Shown here in pieces: positions 1 through 10,430 of a DNA stretch of 64,000 nt. The stretch is taken from the IMG/VR virus record IMGVR_UViG_3300045988_105030, one strand, 5' to 3'. This stretch comes from a virus. The notes beneath the pieces were generated by a model. It was not told where the DNA came from and did no database searches. It was given only the letters and a program-made list of their open reading frames with translations. The translations under genes were made by a program, and so were the position numbers. The stretch's first letter is position 1, and each line of letters begins with the position of its first letter.

Positions 1-28
1 CTGGTGTCGTGCCTGTTGGGTTGACGAT

Positions 29-211
29 ATGCTCGATGAGGTAGATTGTTTCCAGACCGCTGATGTCGCCCCGGTGGTGCGTTGTAAGGACTGCAAGTAT
101 AACAGAGGGAGCAAAAAGTGTTTGAACCCTGACAGTTTTTTTGCGGTGCCGAAGGACGACGACTTCTGCTCCTACGGGGAGAGAAAGGACGGTGGAGAGC
201 ATGTCGAGTGA
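29..211 (+). CDS. Small Cys-rich phage early protein
   Basis: 60 aa with VVRCKDCKY and DDDFCSYGERK motifs. Nt 154-189 are near-identical to 47710-47745, so it is a paralog of 47510..47755. Confidence 0.5.
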   Translation: MLDEVDCFQTADVAPVVRCKDCKYNRGSKKCLNPDSFFAVPKDDDFCSYGERKDGGEHVE

Positions 212-383
212 GACAATGTTTGGGCTGATGGCGGTAGCGTGCGCCTTGCTGGTGGCAGCGCTGTGCATCGAAGGAAGGGCACATGAAACCGTGGTGGGAA
301 CCATCTGCTGCGGCGTGATCGGCTTTGTTGGGCTTATTTGCCTGTATCTGGCAATGAGCGGTGGGGGAGGCAAGAGACGGTGA
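201..383 (+). CDS. Small membrane protein
   Basis: ATG at 201 after GGAGAG. 60 aa with two hydrophobic helices (FGLMAVACALLVAALCI, ICCGVIGFVGLICLYLAM). Confidence 0.4.
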   Translation: MSSETMFGLMAVACALLVAALCIEGRAHETVVGTICCGVIGFVGLICLYLAMSGGGGKRR

Positions 384-542
384 GCTGTACGGTAAAAAGC
401 GATGTTACGCGGCCCCACCAGCTACCGCCCCATCCATGCGCCAAATGCAAGAAATGCACAACCCCAACCATGAATAAGTGCGCCAAATGGAGATCGTGGT
501 TTCGGGTTGTGTGGCCTATTGTGACGGGAAGGAGGGCGCGGG

Positions 543-752
543 ATGGACAGATTTCCTGAACGGCTGCGAAAATTGCGGGAGAGCAAACGGATGAAGCGCT
601 GCGTGCTGGCGGAGCTGTGCGGCATGAACAAGAGCATGATAAGCCGCTACGAGCGAGGAGAGATGGAGCCGAAGGCCACGGCGCTGGCGGCGCTGGCGGA
701 TTTCTTCGGCGTGACCACCGACTATCTGCTGGGGAGGGACGAGGACACATGA
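543..752 (+). CDS. XRE-family helix-turn-helix regulator
   Basis: 69 aa with HTH ELCGMNKSMISRYERGE and the typical tail FGVTTDYLLG. Confidence 0.8.
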   Translation: MDRFPERLRKLRESKRMKRCVLAELCGMNKSMISRYERGEMEPKATALAALADFFGVTTDYLLGRDEDT

Positions 753-1435
753 GCGAGAGCATTGCCTATAACATGGACTGCATGGAGTATATGCGGACGC
801 TGACGGACAAGGCGTTTGACCTCGCCGTGGTAGACCCGCCCTACTTTTCTGGGCCGGAAAGGAGAGGATATTACGGCAACAAGGTAAGCGCGATTGGCGT
901 ACATAGGGACTACCCAATTTCTCCCAAATGGGACGTTCCGGGAACAGACTACTTTTCGCAGCTTGTGCGCGTGGCGAAAAAGTACATCGTATGGGGCTGC
1001 AATTACTTTGATGTCGTCTTTCCGCCGGGGCGCATCGTTTGGGACAAGTGCAACGACAACAGTTCTTTTTCGGACTGCGAGATCGCGGCGACAAACTGCC
1101 ACGACAGCGTTCGTATCTTTCGCTATATGTGGAATGGGATGTTTCAGGGGAAAAGCATCACGGACGGCACAACTCAGCAAGGGAACAAGGCGCTAAACGA
1201 GGTACGCATCCATCCAACGCAGAAGCCGGTGGCGCTGTATGAATGGCTGCTACAGAAGTATGCGAAAGAAGGTTGGCGAATTTTGGATACGCACCTCGGC
1301 AGCGGTTCGAGCCGTATTGCGGCGTATAACCTCGGCTTTGACTTTGTGGGCTGCGAGATCGACCGGGAATACTACGAAAAGCAGGAGGAGCGTTTTGCCG
1401 CCCACACGGCGCAAATGTCCCTTTTTGTGAAGTGA
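749..1435 (+). CDS. DNA methyltransferase, N6-adenine/N4-cytosine type (beta-class motif order)
   Basis: ATGA overlap with the upstream stop. Catalytic DPPY (VVDPPYF) precedes the AdoMet motif THLGSGSS. HPTQKP motif present. Confidence 0.85.
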   Translation: MSESIAYNMDCMEYMRTLTDKAFDLAVVDPPYFSGPERRGYYGNKVSAIGVHRDYPISPKWDVPGTDYFSQLVRVAKKYIVWGCNYFDVVFPPGRIVWDKCNDNSSFSDCEIAATNCHDSVRIFRYMWNGMFQGKSITDGTTQQGNKALNEVRIHPTQKPVALYEWLLQKYAKEGWRILDTHLGSGSSRIAAYNLGFDFVGCEIDREYYEKQEERFAAHTAQMSLFVK

Positions 1436-1580
1436 AATAATTCTTGCAAAATGCTGAAAGAAAAATTTCAAAAAGTTGCGTAAAAGGGAATCAGACAAGT
1501 GAATATCTGCAAAAATGGTATGAGAAGAAGTGCAACCTTCGTTCTTGTACCATTTTTTTGTGTGCGGAAAGGGGATCGAA

Positions 1581-2540
1581 ATGGCGGAGCTTTTACCTAT
1601 GGATGCGGAAAAACAGCAGGCGTACTACGAACTGCTGGAGGAAGAAGTAGGAGAAAGCCTCGCCTTCTTTTATTGCTGCATTCGGTTTGATAAGCCCTTT
1701 GACATGAAGGCGATCCCCGCCAAGTCTGCAAAGGAAAAGTGGACGAGCTACTGCGAAAAGCTTGAAAAAAAGGGACTTGCCAAGACAAAGGGCGGCGGCG
1801 AGTACGGCTTTTTGGACGGCTTGACAGACATAAACCGCATATTCGGGACGGGACTTGCAAAAGGCGAGTTCAGCCGCGCCGTGGATCTGGAAAAAAGCGC
1901 CAGAGACGGGAAAAACGGAACAAAGCGGCAGGTAGCCGATTGGGGCGAGGGCGGCGAGAAAAGCCACTACACCACGGAGGACTACAACGAGTTTGACCGC
2001 ATTTATAACGCCCTGTGCGCCGACTTTGGCGGGGAGGGAAACGTGAGCGCCAAGCAGCAGCTGATATTGCGGAACGTGGCGAAGTGGACAAAGCAGATGA
2101 ACGATGCGGCGGAGCTGGGCCAGATCGACAAGGCAAAAAAGCTCTCCAGCATGATTCAGGAGAACCTGGCCTCGGAAAACCTGCGGAAAAAGGACACAAA
2201 GCCCGTGGAGGAGCTGCGGCTGGACAATATGGTGCTGGCGCTGGAACGAGCGGGACTTTTGAAAAACGGGAAGCCCTGCGACCCGGACGAGGCATTCAAG
2301 ATATTCTTCGGTAGACCGTGCAAATATCCCTACACCAGGGACGCCGCCGACCAGATGATTTTGATAAACGAAAACCGTATGCGGCAAAACGACGGAATGC
2401 CTGAATTAGCAGAGCTACCGGACGAGATGCGGCTGCGGGATGACTTGGGCGAGTTTGCAAAGGAACCCAACGAGGCGGAAAAAGAGGCATACGAAAAGCT
2501 TGGGCTTGTGCGAATGCGACCGGTGAAGGGGAGCGAGTGA
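1581..2540 (+). CDS. Hypothetical protein; candidate small terminase or packaging protein (by position only)
   Basis: ATG at 1581 after GGAAAGGGG. 319 aa, charged and helical, immediately upstream of the large terminase. Confidence 0.4.
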   Translation: MAELLPMDAEKQQAYYELLEEEVGESLAFFYCCIRFDKPFDMKAIPAKSAKEKWTSYCEKLEKKGLAKTKGGGEYGFLDGLTDINRIFGTGLAKGEFSRAVDLEKSARDGKNGTKRQVADWGEGGEKSHYTTEDYNEFDRIYNALCADFGGEGNVSAKQQLILRNVAKWTKQMNDAAELGQIDKAKKLSSMIQENLASENLRKKDTKPVEELRLDNMVLALERAGLLKNGKPCDPDEAFKIFFGRPCKYPYTRDAADQMILINENRMRQNDGMPELAELPDEMRLRDDLGEFAKEPNEAEKEAYEKLGLVRMRPVKGSE

Positions 2541-2541
2541 C

Positions 2542-4404
2542 GTGTCGCGGAGAACGGGTAAGGCGTATGTGACCGGCCTTGGCTGGGTCACGAAGAAGCC
2601 GACGCAGGAACGAAGCTATGAAAACTATGAGGACGCATTTTGGGCGTTTTTGATCTGGGTTTTCAGATGGTATCCAGATAAGGCGCTGGACATATTCCGC
2701 AGCGAAACGGCGGACTTCGCCAATGAGGAACTGTTGCAGCGAGTGATGGCGCGGGTGTATGCGCGAAAAGCGTCTGTTTCCTTTACGGGAACGCGAGGCG
2801 TGACAAAAACCAATACAAAGTTCAAGTATGCGGAGGTAAACGGCCTCGTGTGGCCCGGCGTACAGAGCGCGTATTACGGGCCGAGCTACAAGCAAATGGC
2901 TACCATCGGCAGCAAGACATACCACCAGACAGAGCATGACTACCCGGCACTGGCAAAGCAGTGGCGCGTGACGGCGGAGAGTAAGGACGACTTCAAAATC
3001 GAAACGGACTGCGGAAGTGCTTTCTATATCTCCGCCATGCGCGGTGACAATATCCACGATGTTACTGCCGAGGAGTACGCACAGGAAGAAAACCCGCCAT
3101 TTGACTTTGCCGAGTATACCACGGTTGTTCTGCCGGCGGTGCGACTGACCCACAACGTAGATGGAAAACCAGACGGGAACTACGTGGCGTATAAAGACCA
3201 TGCCATCACCAGTGCGGGGCGAAAGCAAAACCACGCATACGAAACGCGCTGCGAAAACATGAAGGCCATGTTGGCGGGAGAAAGCGCCTTTGCCTACGAC
3301 ATATCGTGGGAGTGTGTGGTGCTGCAGCAGATGCGGCCTTATTCATGGGCGCAAAAGCTGAAAACAAAACTGACCCCGGAGCGGTGGATGCGGGAGATGG
3401 AGAGCCGCTACACCGGCGCGGACAGCAACCCCATTGTGCGGGACGAGGTGCTGACAGAGAGCCGCAAGCTGATGATTGCGGAAAACCGGCACTGTGCCTT
3501 TGACCTGCAAAACAAGCTTGCGCCGCAGGATGTGATCTACATCGTGGGCTACGACGTATCCTACGCCGATGACAAGAAAAACGCAAAATGCGCCTGCGTG
3601 GTGCTGAAATGCACGCGGCAGACGGATTGGCTGAAGCGGGACAGATACCTCAAGCAGCTGGTGAATGTGGACGTTTGGAATCCGCCGGTCAAGAGCATGA
3701 TGCAGGCGCAGAAGATCAAGGACGTGTGGAGCCGGTTTTGCTGCGAGGGCGGCGCGCCCACCTACCTTGCCATAGATGCATGGCAGTACGGCACCAGCGT
3801 GGTGGAAAACCTGATGATGGACTTGGGTGACGGACTTGCCCCCCTGTGCGTAAGGAACCACGCCTCCTTTACGGAGCTGGAGCAGGACAACGCCATTCCG
3901 TGCCTTTACCCCATCAAGGCGGGCGGCGCGGGCGTGACAGACCCGGACGCAGAGATGGTGCGCTACGCCGAGCTGCAATTTGAAAACCGGAATGTAGAAC
4001 TGCTGTGCGGCAACGTGAACGAGGGCGTGGAGGCCTACAAGAAGCACCACAGGATTAAGGATGACTACATGGACGCGCAGATCGCCGAGCCGTACCTGAA
4101 AACGAGGGAACTGGCAGGGCAGATACAAAACCTGAAAAAAGTACCCAGCGGCACCACCATGCGGGAGGAACGGATTTCCAAGCACATCCAGCGAGACATC
4201 TGGTCAGCATTGAAATACGCACTGCGGGTGGCGCAGATTCTGGAGCGCGAGGAGCTGGCAAAATCCGTCCGGCACACCAGCGATTGGGATGCAGAGCTGG
4301 AGCGCTTCAAGGACGCTGAACAGAGCACCGCCTTGACGGCACATACGGCAGGTGCAGGGCGCGGACGCACGGTGACGGCGCGGCGGGGAGGAAGGATGTT
4401 TTAA
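2542..4404 (+). CDS. Terminase large subunit
   Basis: 620 aa with a GTG start 1 nt after the upstream stop. Lies before the portal. C-terminal RNaseH-like nuclease signature IYIVGYDVSYADD ... YLAIDAWQYG. Confidence 0.7.
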   Translation: MSRRTGKAYVTGLGWVTKKPTQERSYENYEDAFWAFLIWVFRWYPDKALDIFRSETADFANEELLQRVMARVYARKASVSFTGTRGVTKTNTKFKYAEVNGLVWPGVQSAYYGPSYKQMATIGSKTYHQTEHDYPALAKQWRVTAESKDDFKIETDCGSAFYISAMRGDNIHDVTAEEYAQEENPPFDFAEYTTVVLPAVRLTHNVDGKPDGNYVAYKDHAITSAGRKQNHAYETRCENMKAMLAGESAFAYDISWECVVLQQMRPYSWAQKLKTKLTPERWMREMESRYTGADSNPIVRDEVLTESRKLMIAENRHCAFDLQNKLAPQDVIYIVGYDVSYADDKKNAKCACVVLKCTRQTDWLKRDRYLKQLVNVDVWNPPVKSMMQAQKIKDVWSRFCCEGGAPTYLAIDAWQYGTSVVENLMMDLGDGLAPLCVRNHASFTELEQDNAIPCLYPIKAGGAGVTDPDAEMVRYAELQFENRNVELLCGNVNEGVEAYKKHHRIKDDYMDAQIAEPYLKTRELAGQIQNLKKVPSGTTMREERISKHIQRDIWSALKYALRVAQILEREELAKSVRHTSDWDAELERFKDAEQSTALTAHTAGAGRGRTVTARRGGRMF

Positions 4405-4406
4405 GC

Positions 4407-4769
4407 ATGGCTGTGACATATAAGCTCTACGCCGCCGAGGTGAGCCGCCTGAATGTGGAAAAGGCGGAGCGGGAGCGGTTTTCCCGTGTGACGGCAAATT
4501 ATATGCTGCTCTACCGCCGGGCAAAGCCACGGCACATTCCCGCCGTGGAGGTCAAGGGCGAAGACCTGCGGCGCCTGACGGAGAGCGACCGCCTGTGGCT
4601 GGCGGACTGCATCGCCACACTGCTGGGAGAAGCCGCCGGACGGCGGCAGGAGACGGCGGCGCAGCGGGTGAACGAAATGCTGACGGCGTGGGAAAAGGAA
4701 CTGCAAAGGACTCGCAAGGGTCTGGAGAAGGAGGCGCAGGATGGACGAAACGAAAAATCTGACAACTGA
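4407..4769 (+). CDS. Hypothetical phage protein
   Basis: 120-aa ORF between terminase and portal, tightly packed. Confidence 0.45.
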   Translation: MAVTYKLYAAEVSRLNVEKAERERFSRVTANYMLLYRRAKPRHIPAVEVKGEDLRRLTESDRLWLADCIATLLGEAAGRRQETAAQRVNEMLTAWEKELQRTRKGLEKEAQDGRNEKSDN

Positions 4770-6519
4770 ACTGCGCGGACTTTCCAACGCCACCTACCCG
4801 GAGATTTTTAAGCGGTTTCAAGCACTTTCCGAAAAGTACGGCGATATGCCCGCCGGTGCGCTGGCCAGCGCCTTCAGCCGGGTGAGCGCGTCTGCCGCCA
4901 ACCGGAACAATCCCTACATTCAGAATCGGCGGGTACAGGCCGTTTCCTCGCTGCCCAAGGATTACAGCAAAAACCGCGTGGCGGAGATGCTGACAAACCC
5001 CATGGGCAACGAGCAGAGCTTGCGGCAGGTGGAGCATGGGCTGGAATTTACCGCCTATCCTCTTTTCCACACCCGGAAGATGTACCAAGACCTGCTGACC
5101 TATCACAGCTATATTGCGCCGGAGTTTACCGACAAGGACACGGCGAAAAACGACGAGTTCTGGCGGGAATGGAAATTGCTGGAAAAACTGCGGCGTAAGC
5201 TGGACCCCAAGACCACAGCCCACCAGTTGGCGGGACAGGCGGTGCAGGAAGGCAAGGTTTTCTACTATCCACGCGTCAGCGTGGATAAGCCCCACAACAA
5301 GGTGAACTACGCCTTTATGCAGCAGCTGCCCAGCGACTGGGTGAAGATCGTGGGCTTCAACAGCGTGTCGAAGTACACCGTGGCCTTTAACATGATGTAT
5401 TTCATGCAGCCGGGGACAGACCCCTTGCAGTTCGGCGACCTCTTTAAGCCCTATTGGGATGTATTTTCCCGCGTGACGGAGCGCGGCGCACCCAAGGGGA
5501 CGGGTACGCGGTTTGTGTACGCCGCCAAAAACCGGGTGGATATGGGACTGCTGGCGGAGATACAGCGGGGGGGCGGATTTGGCGAGGATGAAACGCCGGA
5601 TGTGTACTACCAGAACGGGCAGTACTTCTACTGGGTGACGCTGCCGGTGGACAGCGTGTACACCTTTGAGATCGACGACGCGCAGACGTCAGTGGTGTCG
5701 CCGCTGACGGGACTGTTTCTGTCGCTGATCCAGATTGCACAGTATGAGCAGATTCAGCTGGAGCTGGTACAAAACCCCCTCATTTCCCTGCTGACAGGCG
5801 AGATCGAGTACAGGGACGATGACACGCGGCAGAGCGCTGACGCCTATAAGCTGAGCAACGCCGGGTGGGAACTCTTTAGGACGCGATTCTATGACGAGCT
5901 GGCGGCAAACAACACAAACGGCATCGGCTGGTATGCCGCACCGCTGAAAAACATGGAGCTGCACCAGCTATCCGAAGCGCCGGGAGCCACCAAGATCAGC
6001 ACAGCCGGGTACGGCTACACCATGGCGAAGGCGGGACTTTCCGCCCTGATCCCCACCAGCGACGAGCCGAGGGCGGGCGTGGCCAACATCAGCTTGCAGA
6101 TCGAGAGCCGCTTTGCCGAGCAGATTTACCGCTGCTACGAGCGGATGATGCGGGGCATCATGGACGGTATGAACCTGAAACATTCGTGGCGATTTTCCAT
6201 GTTCGGGAATCTGGCGGAGGATGAAAAGACCTTTGAGAACGCACGGCAGGGCATGACGCTGGGCATTCTGCCCCAGACGATGATTTACATGGCCATGCTG
6301 GACATGAGCGTGATAGACGACCTTGCCATGAGCTTTGCCATCAAGGAGAGCGGCATCATGGATATGCGCCTGCCGCTGGTGACCAGCTACAACGCCAAGC
6401 AGAGCGAAAGCGAACTGCCCCCGCAGGCGGCACACGACATGAACCCCGGCGGAAGACCCGCCGCCGACAAGAAACCCGGCACGGAGGGGCAGGAAGCCTC
6501 GCAGGACGCCGGGGATTAA
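4741..6519 (+). CDS. Portal protein
   Basis: 592 aa directly after the terminase, with an acidic, Gly-rich C-terminus. Called from size and position. Confidence 0.7.
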   Translation: MDETKNLTTELRGLSNATYPEIFKRFQALSEKYGDMPAGALASAFSRVSASAANRNNPYIQNRRVQAVSSLPKDYSKNRVAEMLTNPMGNEQSLRQVEHGLEFTAYPLFHTRKMYQDLLTYHSYIAPEFTDKDTAKNDEFWREWKLLEKLRRKLDPKTTAHQLAGQAVQEGKVFYYPRVSVDKPHNKVNYAFMQQLPSDWVKIVGFNSVSKYTVAFNMMYFMQPGTDPLQFGDLFKPYWDVFSRVTERGAPKGTGTRFVYAAKNRVDMGLLAEIQRGGGFGEDETPDVYYQNGQYFYWVTLPVDSVYTFEIDDAQTSVVSPLTGLFLSLIQIAQYEQIQLELVQNPLISLLTGEIEYRDDDTRQSADAYKLSNAGWELFRTRFYDELAANNTNGIGWYAAPLKNMELHQLSEAPGATKISTAGYGYTMAKAGLSALIPTSDEPRAGVANISLQIESRFAEQIYRCYERMMRGIMDGMNLKHSWRFSMFGNLAEDEKTFENARQGMTLGILPQTMIYMAMLDMSVIDDLAMSFAIKESGIMDMRLPLVTSYNAKQSESELPPQAAHDMNPGGRPAADKKPGTEGQEASQDAGD

Positions 6520-6540
6520 GACGAGAGAGGGAGTGAGGAC

Positions 6541-7080
6541 ATGAGAGCCAGAGAATATGCCAACTGGGAGAATCCCAAGTTTGCGCCCCTCATGGGGCCG
6601 GTACGCCGGGTGATGGAGGCCTACGGCAACGCGGAGAAGTGGTTTGCAGACATCAAGGATCGGGTGCTGTGCGACATGGGGATGGTATTCCTGTCGGACG
6701 CCATCCATCGGTTGGAGCATAAGCAGCCGGAGCGGGTGGACGCCTTTGCGGATATCCCCCACGACTACCACCTGCGCTTGCCCTACCCCGGTACGCCGGA
6801 GCTGGACGAGGACTTCAATGACGACCTCGACCGGGTGTTTGAGGTGTGCGTGACCATCGTGGACACGGTGGACGGTGCGCTGGGTGATTTTATCCGGGTG
6901 ACAGCGGACGGGGAGTTCAACGCCCTGTCGTTGAAGGCGGAAGAATTGCAGCTGCAAAACACCGGCGACCGGCAAAAGCTGCTTTCTGCATGGTCGATGT
7001 GGAACCAAGGGGCGATGAGCCGCGCCAGCTTCGACAACTGGTGCCGAAATCTCTTTGCAGAGGACGGTGAGGACGCATGA
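6541..7080 (+). CDS. Hypothetical head-module protein
   Basis: 179 aa. RBS GGGAGTGAGG. Overlaps the next gene by 4 nt. Confidence 0.5.
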   Translation: MRAREYANWENPKFAPLMGPVRRVMEAYGNAEKWFADIKDRVLCDMGMVFLSDAIHRLEHKQPERVDAFADIPHDYHLRLPYPGTPELDEDFNDDLDRVFEVCVTIVDTVDGALGDFIRVTADGEFNALSLKAEELQLQNTGDRQKLLSAWSMWNQGAMSRASFDNWCRNLFAEDGEDA

Positions 7081-8444
7081 GCGGGCTGAAAACCAAGGCC
7101 ATGCCCAAGAAGGTGTGCGCCAGCGGCACACTGAAGGTGATGCAGCGGCTCAACGAGTACGAGTTCGGCGTGGAACTGTGGGTCATGCGAGAGGGAGAGA
7201 ACCGCAACAAGTGGTCGTACCAAAACATCGCGGAATACTACAAAACCTTTGTGGGACAGCCCATTTTGGTGGCCTATGTCGGACGGCAAGTCGGAGACGG
7301 GCACAACATGGCTAAGTACCGAGACCCGGAGACGGGGGAGGAATACTACTCCTTCATGGACGGGACGGCAGAGCGCATCGTGGGCACGCTGTCCGAGGAC
7401 GAACGGGACTTTACCCTTGTGGAGAGGGATGGTCATACATGGCTCAAGGCGAAGGGGCGGCTGTTTGAGTTTTACGCCCCGGAATTGGTGGAAAAGATCC
7501 GTCGGCAGGGAAAGATGGAGGTTTCCGCAGAAACCAATGTGACCGAGAGCCACAAAGAGGGCGATGTGGATGTATTTACCAAGTGGACGGGGCTGGGCGT
7601 GACCATCCTCGGCGACCGGGTAAGCCCCGCTATTCCGGGGGCAAGCATCGCAAAGCTGGCGGCTATGCAGGAGGAATTTAAGAGTTTGAAGCTGCGGGCC
7701 GCATCGCTGCACACAGCCGCAGAGGGCAGCGGAAAAATCAACAAGAAAGGACTGAAAAGAAGCATGAACAAGCAAATGATGGAAAGCGTACAGGCAAAGT
7801 TCCCCAATCACAAGCTGATCGCCTTGAGCGAGGACGGCATGAGCGTGGGACTGCTGGATGCTTCCGGCAACCTTTTCAGCTACACCTTCAACGCAGAGGA
7901 TAACGGCGAGGTCATGGAAAGCCGTATCGCGCCCTGCGCGGCACGCATCGTTTTGTCTGCCGGGGAAGTGGAGCTGAACGCCGATGTGGCGGATGTGGTG
8001 GCGTACACCGTTTCCGCCGCCAAGACGGAGAACGGCGAAATCAAGCAGCTTTCCGAGGAGCTGAACGCCGCCCGTGAGCAGATCCGCGCCATGCAGGAGG
8101 CGGAGAGCAAGCGCCGGCTGAGCGTGTGCAAGGCGACCGCCAAGGCCACACTGGAGGCATTCAACGCCAACCGCAAGGAGAAGCTGTCCGAGGACGCGCT
8201 GAAGGACATCAACGAGAACATTGAGTCCGGTGTGTATGCCAATTCCTGCGACAAGGACGGCGCATGGCTGGGCGAGAAGATGGTACGAAGTGCGGTGCTG
8301 GCCGTTTGCGGCGAGGCCGTGATGGAGGCAGACCGCAAGGCTGCCGAGAACCGCAAGAGCGCCTTTGCGTGGAACAATGCCAAGGGTGACGGCGCTGGTG
8401 ACAGCGGCATCGAAGGTATGCTGAGCCGCATCGGCAAGGCGTAA
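7077..8444 (+). CDS. Putative scaffolding protein (possibly a protease-scaffold fusion)
   Basis: 455 aa with a long coiled-coil C-terminal half (EELNAAREQIRAMQEAESKRR). Lies between portal and capsid. Confidence 0.45.
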   Translation: MSGLKTKAMPKKVCASGTLKVMQRLNEYEFGVELWVMREGENRNKWSYQNIAEYYKTFVGQPILVAYVGRQVGDGHNMAKYRDPETGEEYYSFMDGTAERIVGTLSEDERDFTLVERDGHTWLKAKGRLFEFYAPELVEKIRRQGKMEVSAETNVTESHKEGDVDVFTKWTGLGVTILGDRVSPAIPGASIAKLAAMQEEFKSLKLRAASLHTAAEGSGKINKKGLKRSMNKQMMESVQAKFPNHKLIALSEDGMSVGLLDASGNLFSYTFNAEDNGEVMESRIAPCAARIVLSAGEVELNADVADVVAYTVSAAKTENGEIKQLSEELNAAREQIRAMQEAESKRRLSVCKATAKATLEAFNANRKEKLSEDALKDINENIESGVYANSCDKDGAWLGEKMVRSAVLAVCGEAVMEADRKAAENRKSAFAWNNAKGDGAGDSGIEGMLSRIGKA

Positions 8445-8476
8445 CAACAAGAACTGAAAAAGGAGTGTGAATACAC

Positions 8477-9109
8477 ATGGCTTACATTGCTAAGACCGCA
8501 TTTTGGCCCCGCGTGAGCGACCGCGTTTTCGGCGAAACGCTGAATATCACCGGCAAGTTCGTCAACGCGAGCGGCGATAAGGAGACCTGCTCCGCCGGTT
8601 TCCTGTGTACCAAGAAGGAACTGATGCCCTGCGAGGGCTATGAAAACCTCGGCCCCGCCAGCGCGCAGGTGACCATCAAGAACGGCAACAGCTGGCTGAT
8701 GCAGAGCGCCGCCGGTGCCGTGACCAGCGAGGGCGACGGCATTTATGCCTGCAACACCTACGAGGTGAACATTCTGGAGGATCCTGTGACCGGCAACCTC
8801 TACAAGGTGGCCGCCAATACGCTGGGGCTGCCCGCACCCAAGGACTATCCCGTGACCTATACCCGCATCGTCTTTGACGGCGGCAAGATTTACCGCTTCG
8901 GCGAGGGCAACGTGAACGGCACCATCGGCAGCAAGGCCTTCTTCACCATCAAGGACGGTCTGCTGATCCCCGCCGACAAGCCCACCGCCGCTGGTACGCC
9001 CTACTTCAAGCTGCTGGGCAACGGCAACTTCACCGAGGGCGCGGAGAGTGCTTTCGGCTTCTATGACCTGGAGGCTTGCAAGGTCGATACCGTCCCCGTT
9101 GGCGGCTAA
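8477..9109 (+). CDS. Hypothetical head protein (possibly decoration or scaffold)
   Basis: 210 aa. RBS AAAGGAG. Immediately upstream of the major capsid gene. Confidence 0.45.
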   Translation: MAYIAKTAFWPRVSDRVFGETLNITGKFVNASGDKETCSAGFLCTKKELMPCEGYENLGPASAQVTIKNGNSWLMQSAAGAVTSEGDGIYACNTYEVNILEDPVTGNLYKVAANTLGLPAPKDYPVTYTRIVFDGGKIYRFGEGNVNGTIGSKAFFTIKDGLLIPADKPTAAGTPYFKLLGNGNFTEGAESAFGFYDLEACKVDTVPVGG

Positions 9110-9130
9110 GAGAAAGGAGAGTGAACAAGA

Positions 9131-10384
9131 ATGGCTATCATGCTGAACAGCATCAACCCCGAAGTTTTTAACGGCAACAGCGCCGAGTTCAACGGTGTGG
9201 AGCGCAAGAGAGCCGACATCGTGACCTGCGGCCGCCTGCTGATGCGGGAGCGTCTGGGCCGCGACGAGCGGGTGCTGATGACCGCCGCACAGCGCAGCCC
9301 CATGGAGTTTACCGCCATGCTGTCCGACGGTGAGGAGGAGAAGCGCCGCAGCTACGCCTCCGTCAACCGCGGCTTGCAGCACGACCTGCTGCTCTTCTGC
9401 GCTGAGCGGTGCTGCTCTATCAGCGGCGAGACCGCACCCGCCGACATGAACGAGTTCCGCCGCAACCAGCGGAAGTTCCTGTCTGACAGCACCTTCCTGA
9501 AGCTGCTGGCGGGTATCACCACCGAGATCGTGACCCCCATGCTGCCCACCGTTATGTCCTCCGGCCTTGGCTGGCTGGCGGAGATGCACACCGTTCCTCT
9601 GGGACAGACCAAGGAGCTGGATATCATGTCCAACGACATCTTCCTCTTTGAGGACGATAGCTGGGGCGCATCCCGCTCCAAGCCGGTAAACACCCTGTAC
9701 AACAAGACCGTGACCCTGAACCCCCGTCTGCGTACCGCCCGCGCCAGTGCAAAGTGGTATCAGCTGGTGGGCAACGACGCCGACCTTGGCCGTTTCTTCA
9801 ACGCTATTGCCGCCGGTTGGTACTCCAAGTTCACGGCTATGTGGGTGCAGCAGATGGTGAAGCTTTCCGGCAACACCGCCGCCATCCCCACCAACATGAC
9901 CTTTACCAATACCTCCGCCAACTGGGTTACTGCCGCCAAGCGCGTGGCGATGGTCAACGGCACCCTCTACCGCAACGTCATTGCGCTGGGCGATGCCTCT
10001 GCGCTGACCAAGGCGCTGCCCTCCGGCGTGGTGAACGCCAGCACCGTCAATCTGGACGCTGCTCTTTCCACCATGCTGGGCGTGGAGTGGGCGCGGTACG
10101 GCTATCTGGGCGAGTACATGGGCATTAACCTGATGCCCATCGACAACGCCATTGTCCCCGGCACCCAGAACACCACTGTGGTGGAGATGGTGCCCACCGA
10201 CAAGATCTGGCTGGCTCCCATTGGCGGCTACAAGCCCGTGGCGATCGGCGTGGAGGAGGGGACTCCCATCACGATTCAGCTTTCTCCCAGCGAGACCGCA
10301 GACGGTTCCATCGATATGGTGGTGTCCATGAGCATCGACGCGGTGCCCTGCATTGCAAACAAGCTGGCGCTCATCAACGCATAA
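9131..10384 (+). CDS. Major capsid protein
   Basis: 417 aa. RBS AAAGGAGAG. Codon use suggests high expression. Position after the scaffold. Followed by a stem-loop. Confidence 0.65.
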   Translation: MAIMLNSINPEVFNGNSAEFNGVERKRADIVTCGRLLMRERLGRDERVLMTAAQRSPMEFTAMLSDGEEEKRRSYASVNRGLQHDLLLFCAERCCSISGETAPADMNEFRRNQRKFLSDSTFLKLLAGITTEIVTPMLPTVMSSGLGWLAEMHTVPLGQTKELDIMSNDIFLFEDDSWGASRSKPVNTLYNKTVTLNPRLRTARASAKWYQLVGNDADLGRFFNAIAAGWYSKFTAMWVQQMVKLSGNTAAIPTNMTFTNTSANWVTAAKRVAMVNGTLYRNVIALGDASALTKALPSGVVNASTVNLDAALSTMLGVEWARYGYLGEYMGINLMPIDNAIVPGTQNTTVVEMVPTDKIWLAPIGGYKPVAIGVEEGTPITIQLSPSETADGSIDMVVSMSIDAVPCIANKLALINA

Positions 10385-10430
10385 CAAAAACGCACAACAG
10401 GGGACGGGGCGAGAGCCCCTCCCCCTATAC

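Noticed and set aside
10400-10425. Stem-loop after the capsid gene as an intrinsic terminator
   Set aside because: The stem is interrupted by a 2x2 internal loop and no U-tract follows. It may stabilise the mRNA rather than terminate transcription.
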